DNA of 64,000 bases from Octopus vulgaris (lineage: Eukaryota): NCBI GenBank assembly GCA_951406725.2, contig OX597838.1, positions 20,770,001 through 20,834,000 of the forward strand. Reading direction: 5' to 3'. Made by a program: the position numbers and the translations under genes. The notes under the pieces were generated by a model. It had not been told where the DNA came from. It ran no database searches and saw only the letters and a program-made list of their open reading frames with translations. Of this stretch, positions 63,440 through 64,000 are shown piece by piece (within the stretch, counting starts at the first letter, position 1; the number at the start of each line of letters is the position of its first letter).

Positions 63440-64000
63440 GGTAGATTCCCCAGGCTACTCCTACTCCATAGGATCCTATCAGAAGCTTTCATATTTATGC
63501 TTTTGGGCTGGATTTCCAAGCACGATCAACTGAGACTGTGGATATTATCCAACCATCTGGTTCTTGGTCTACTCTCAGGACCAGTGTCATGGTCTTTTGT
63601 AGTGCTAATTCTCTTCCCTGCTTTGCAACACTTGGCAGTGAACTCATTCAATGCATGCTGGAAATCACTTTCTGATGAGCTTAGTAGCACCATGTCATTA
63701 TCATCAGATATCATCTGACTGGTTCTACACTCATCAATTATGATACCACTTTCAGAGTGGCTGCACAAGCCAATCCAATCCAATCCAGTTCATAAAAAAT
63801 TATGAAAAGGAAAGGTGACAATATGTACCCCTGCTGCAGTTCAGCACCCATGTTGAACAGTTTCTACTCAACACCATTTCTGCAAGGACAAACATCTGGG
63901 CATTCATATTTTTGTTTTTGGTGGAATTCTGGTTTAAGCATTTTCAGAAAATTTTTGCAAATTTGTGTTGTACACATGAGAGTTCATATGATTATGAAAA
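63440..64000 (-). mobile_element. Decayed RTE LINE reverse-transcriptase fragment
   Basis: ELQQGYILSPFLFIIF...DMVLLSSSESDFQHALNEFTAKCCKAGKRISTTK and RPRTRWLDNI motifs. A related 3' fragment lies at about 2000-2160(+). Confidence 0.75.

Overview
AT-rich eukaryotic DNA, dense in microsatellites and transposable elements. The repeat families look like those of an octopod cephalopod (inference). The only host coding sequence I can support is two short + strand exons (53714-53771 and 63296-63354). Spliced, they encode (R)ASLEDAENDIELLEVRLEK|LVKLCSSMIETGKAFHTAS(K/N), the start of the BAR domain of an ACAP/centaurin-beta ArfGAP. The first coding exon is not visible, so most of the window is probably a >53-kb intron 1. 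The rest consists of: at least three tRNA-derived SINE families; RTE-type LINE fragments and their 3' ends; a CRE-like endonuclease relic; an internally deleted mariner; hAT, mariner and TTAA (piggyBac-type) MITEs; a clean non-autonomous Helitron; and several minisatellites. The most striking signal not explained by the ORF track is a set of 5-6 unrelated small elements, most beside (TA)n tracts, that carry minimal type-I hammerhead ribozyme motifs. Three of them are long fold-back hairpins, probably inverted pLTRs of Penelope-like elements. Also notable are a structured 165-bp tandem array inside an RTE-5'UTR-like insert and a speculative twister-like fold in the RTE 3' repeat. Nearly all ORFs in the supplied track are repeat artefacts.
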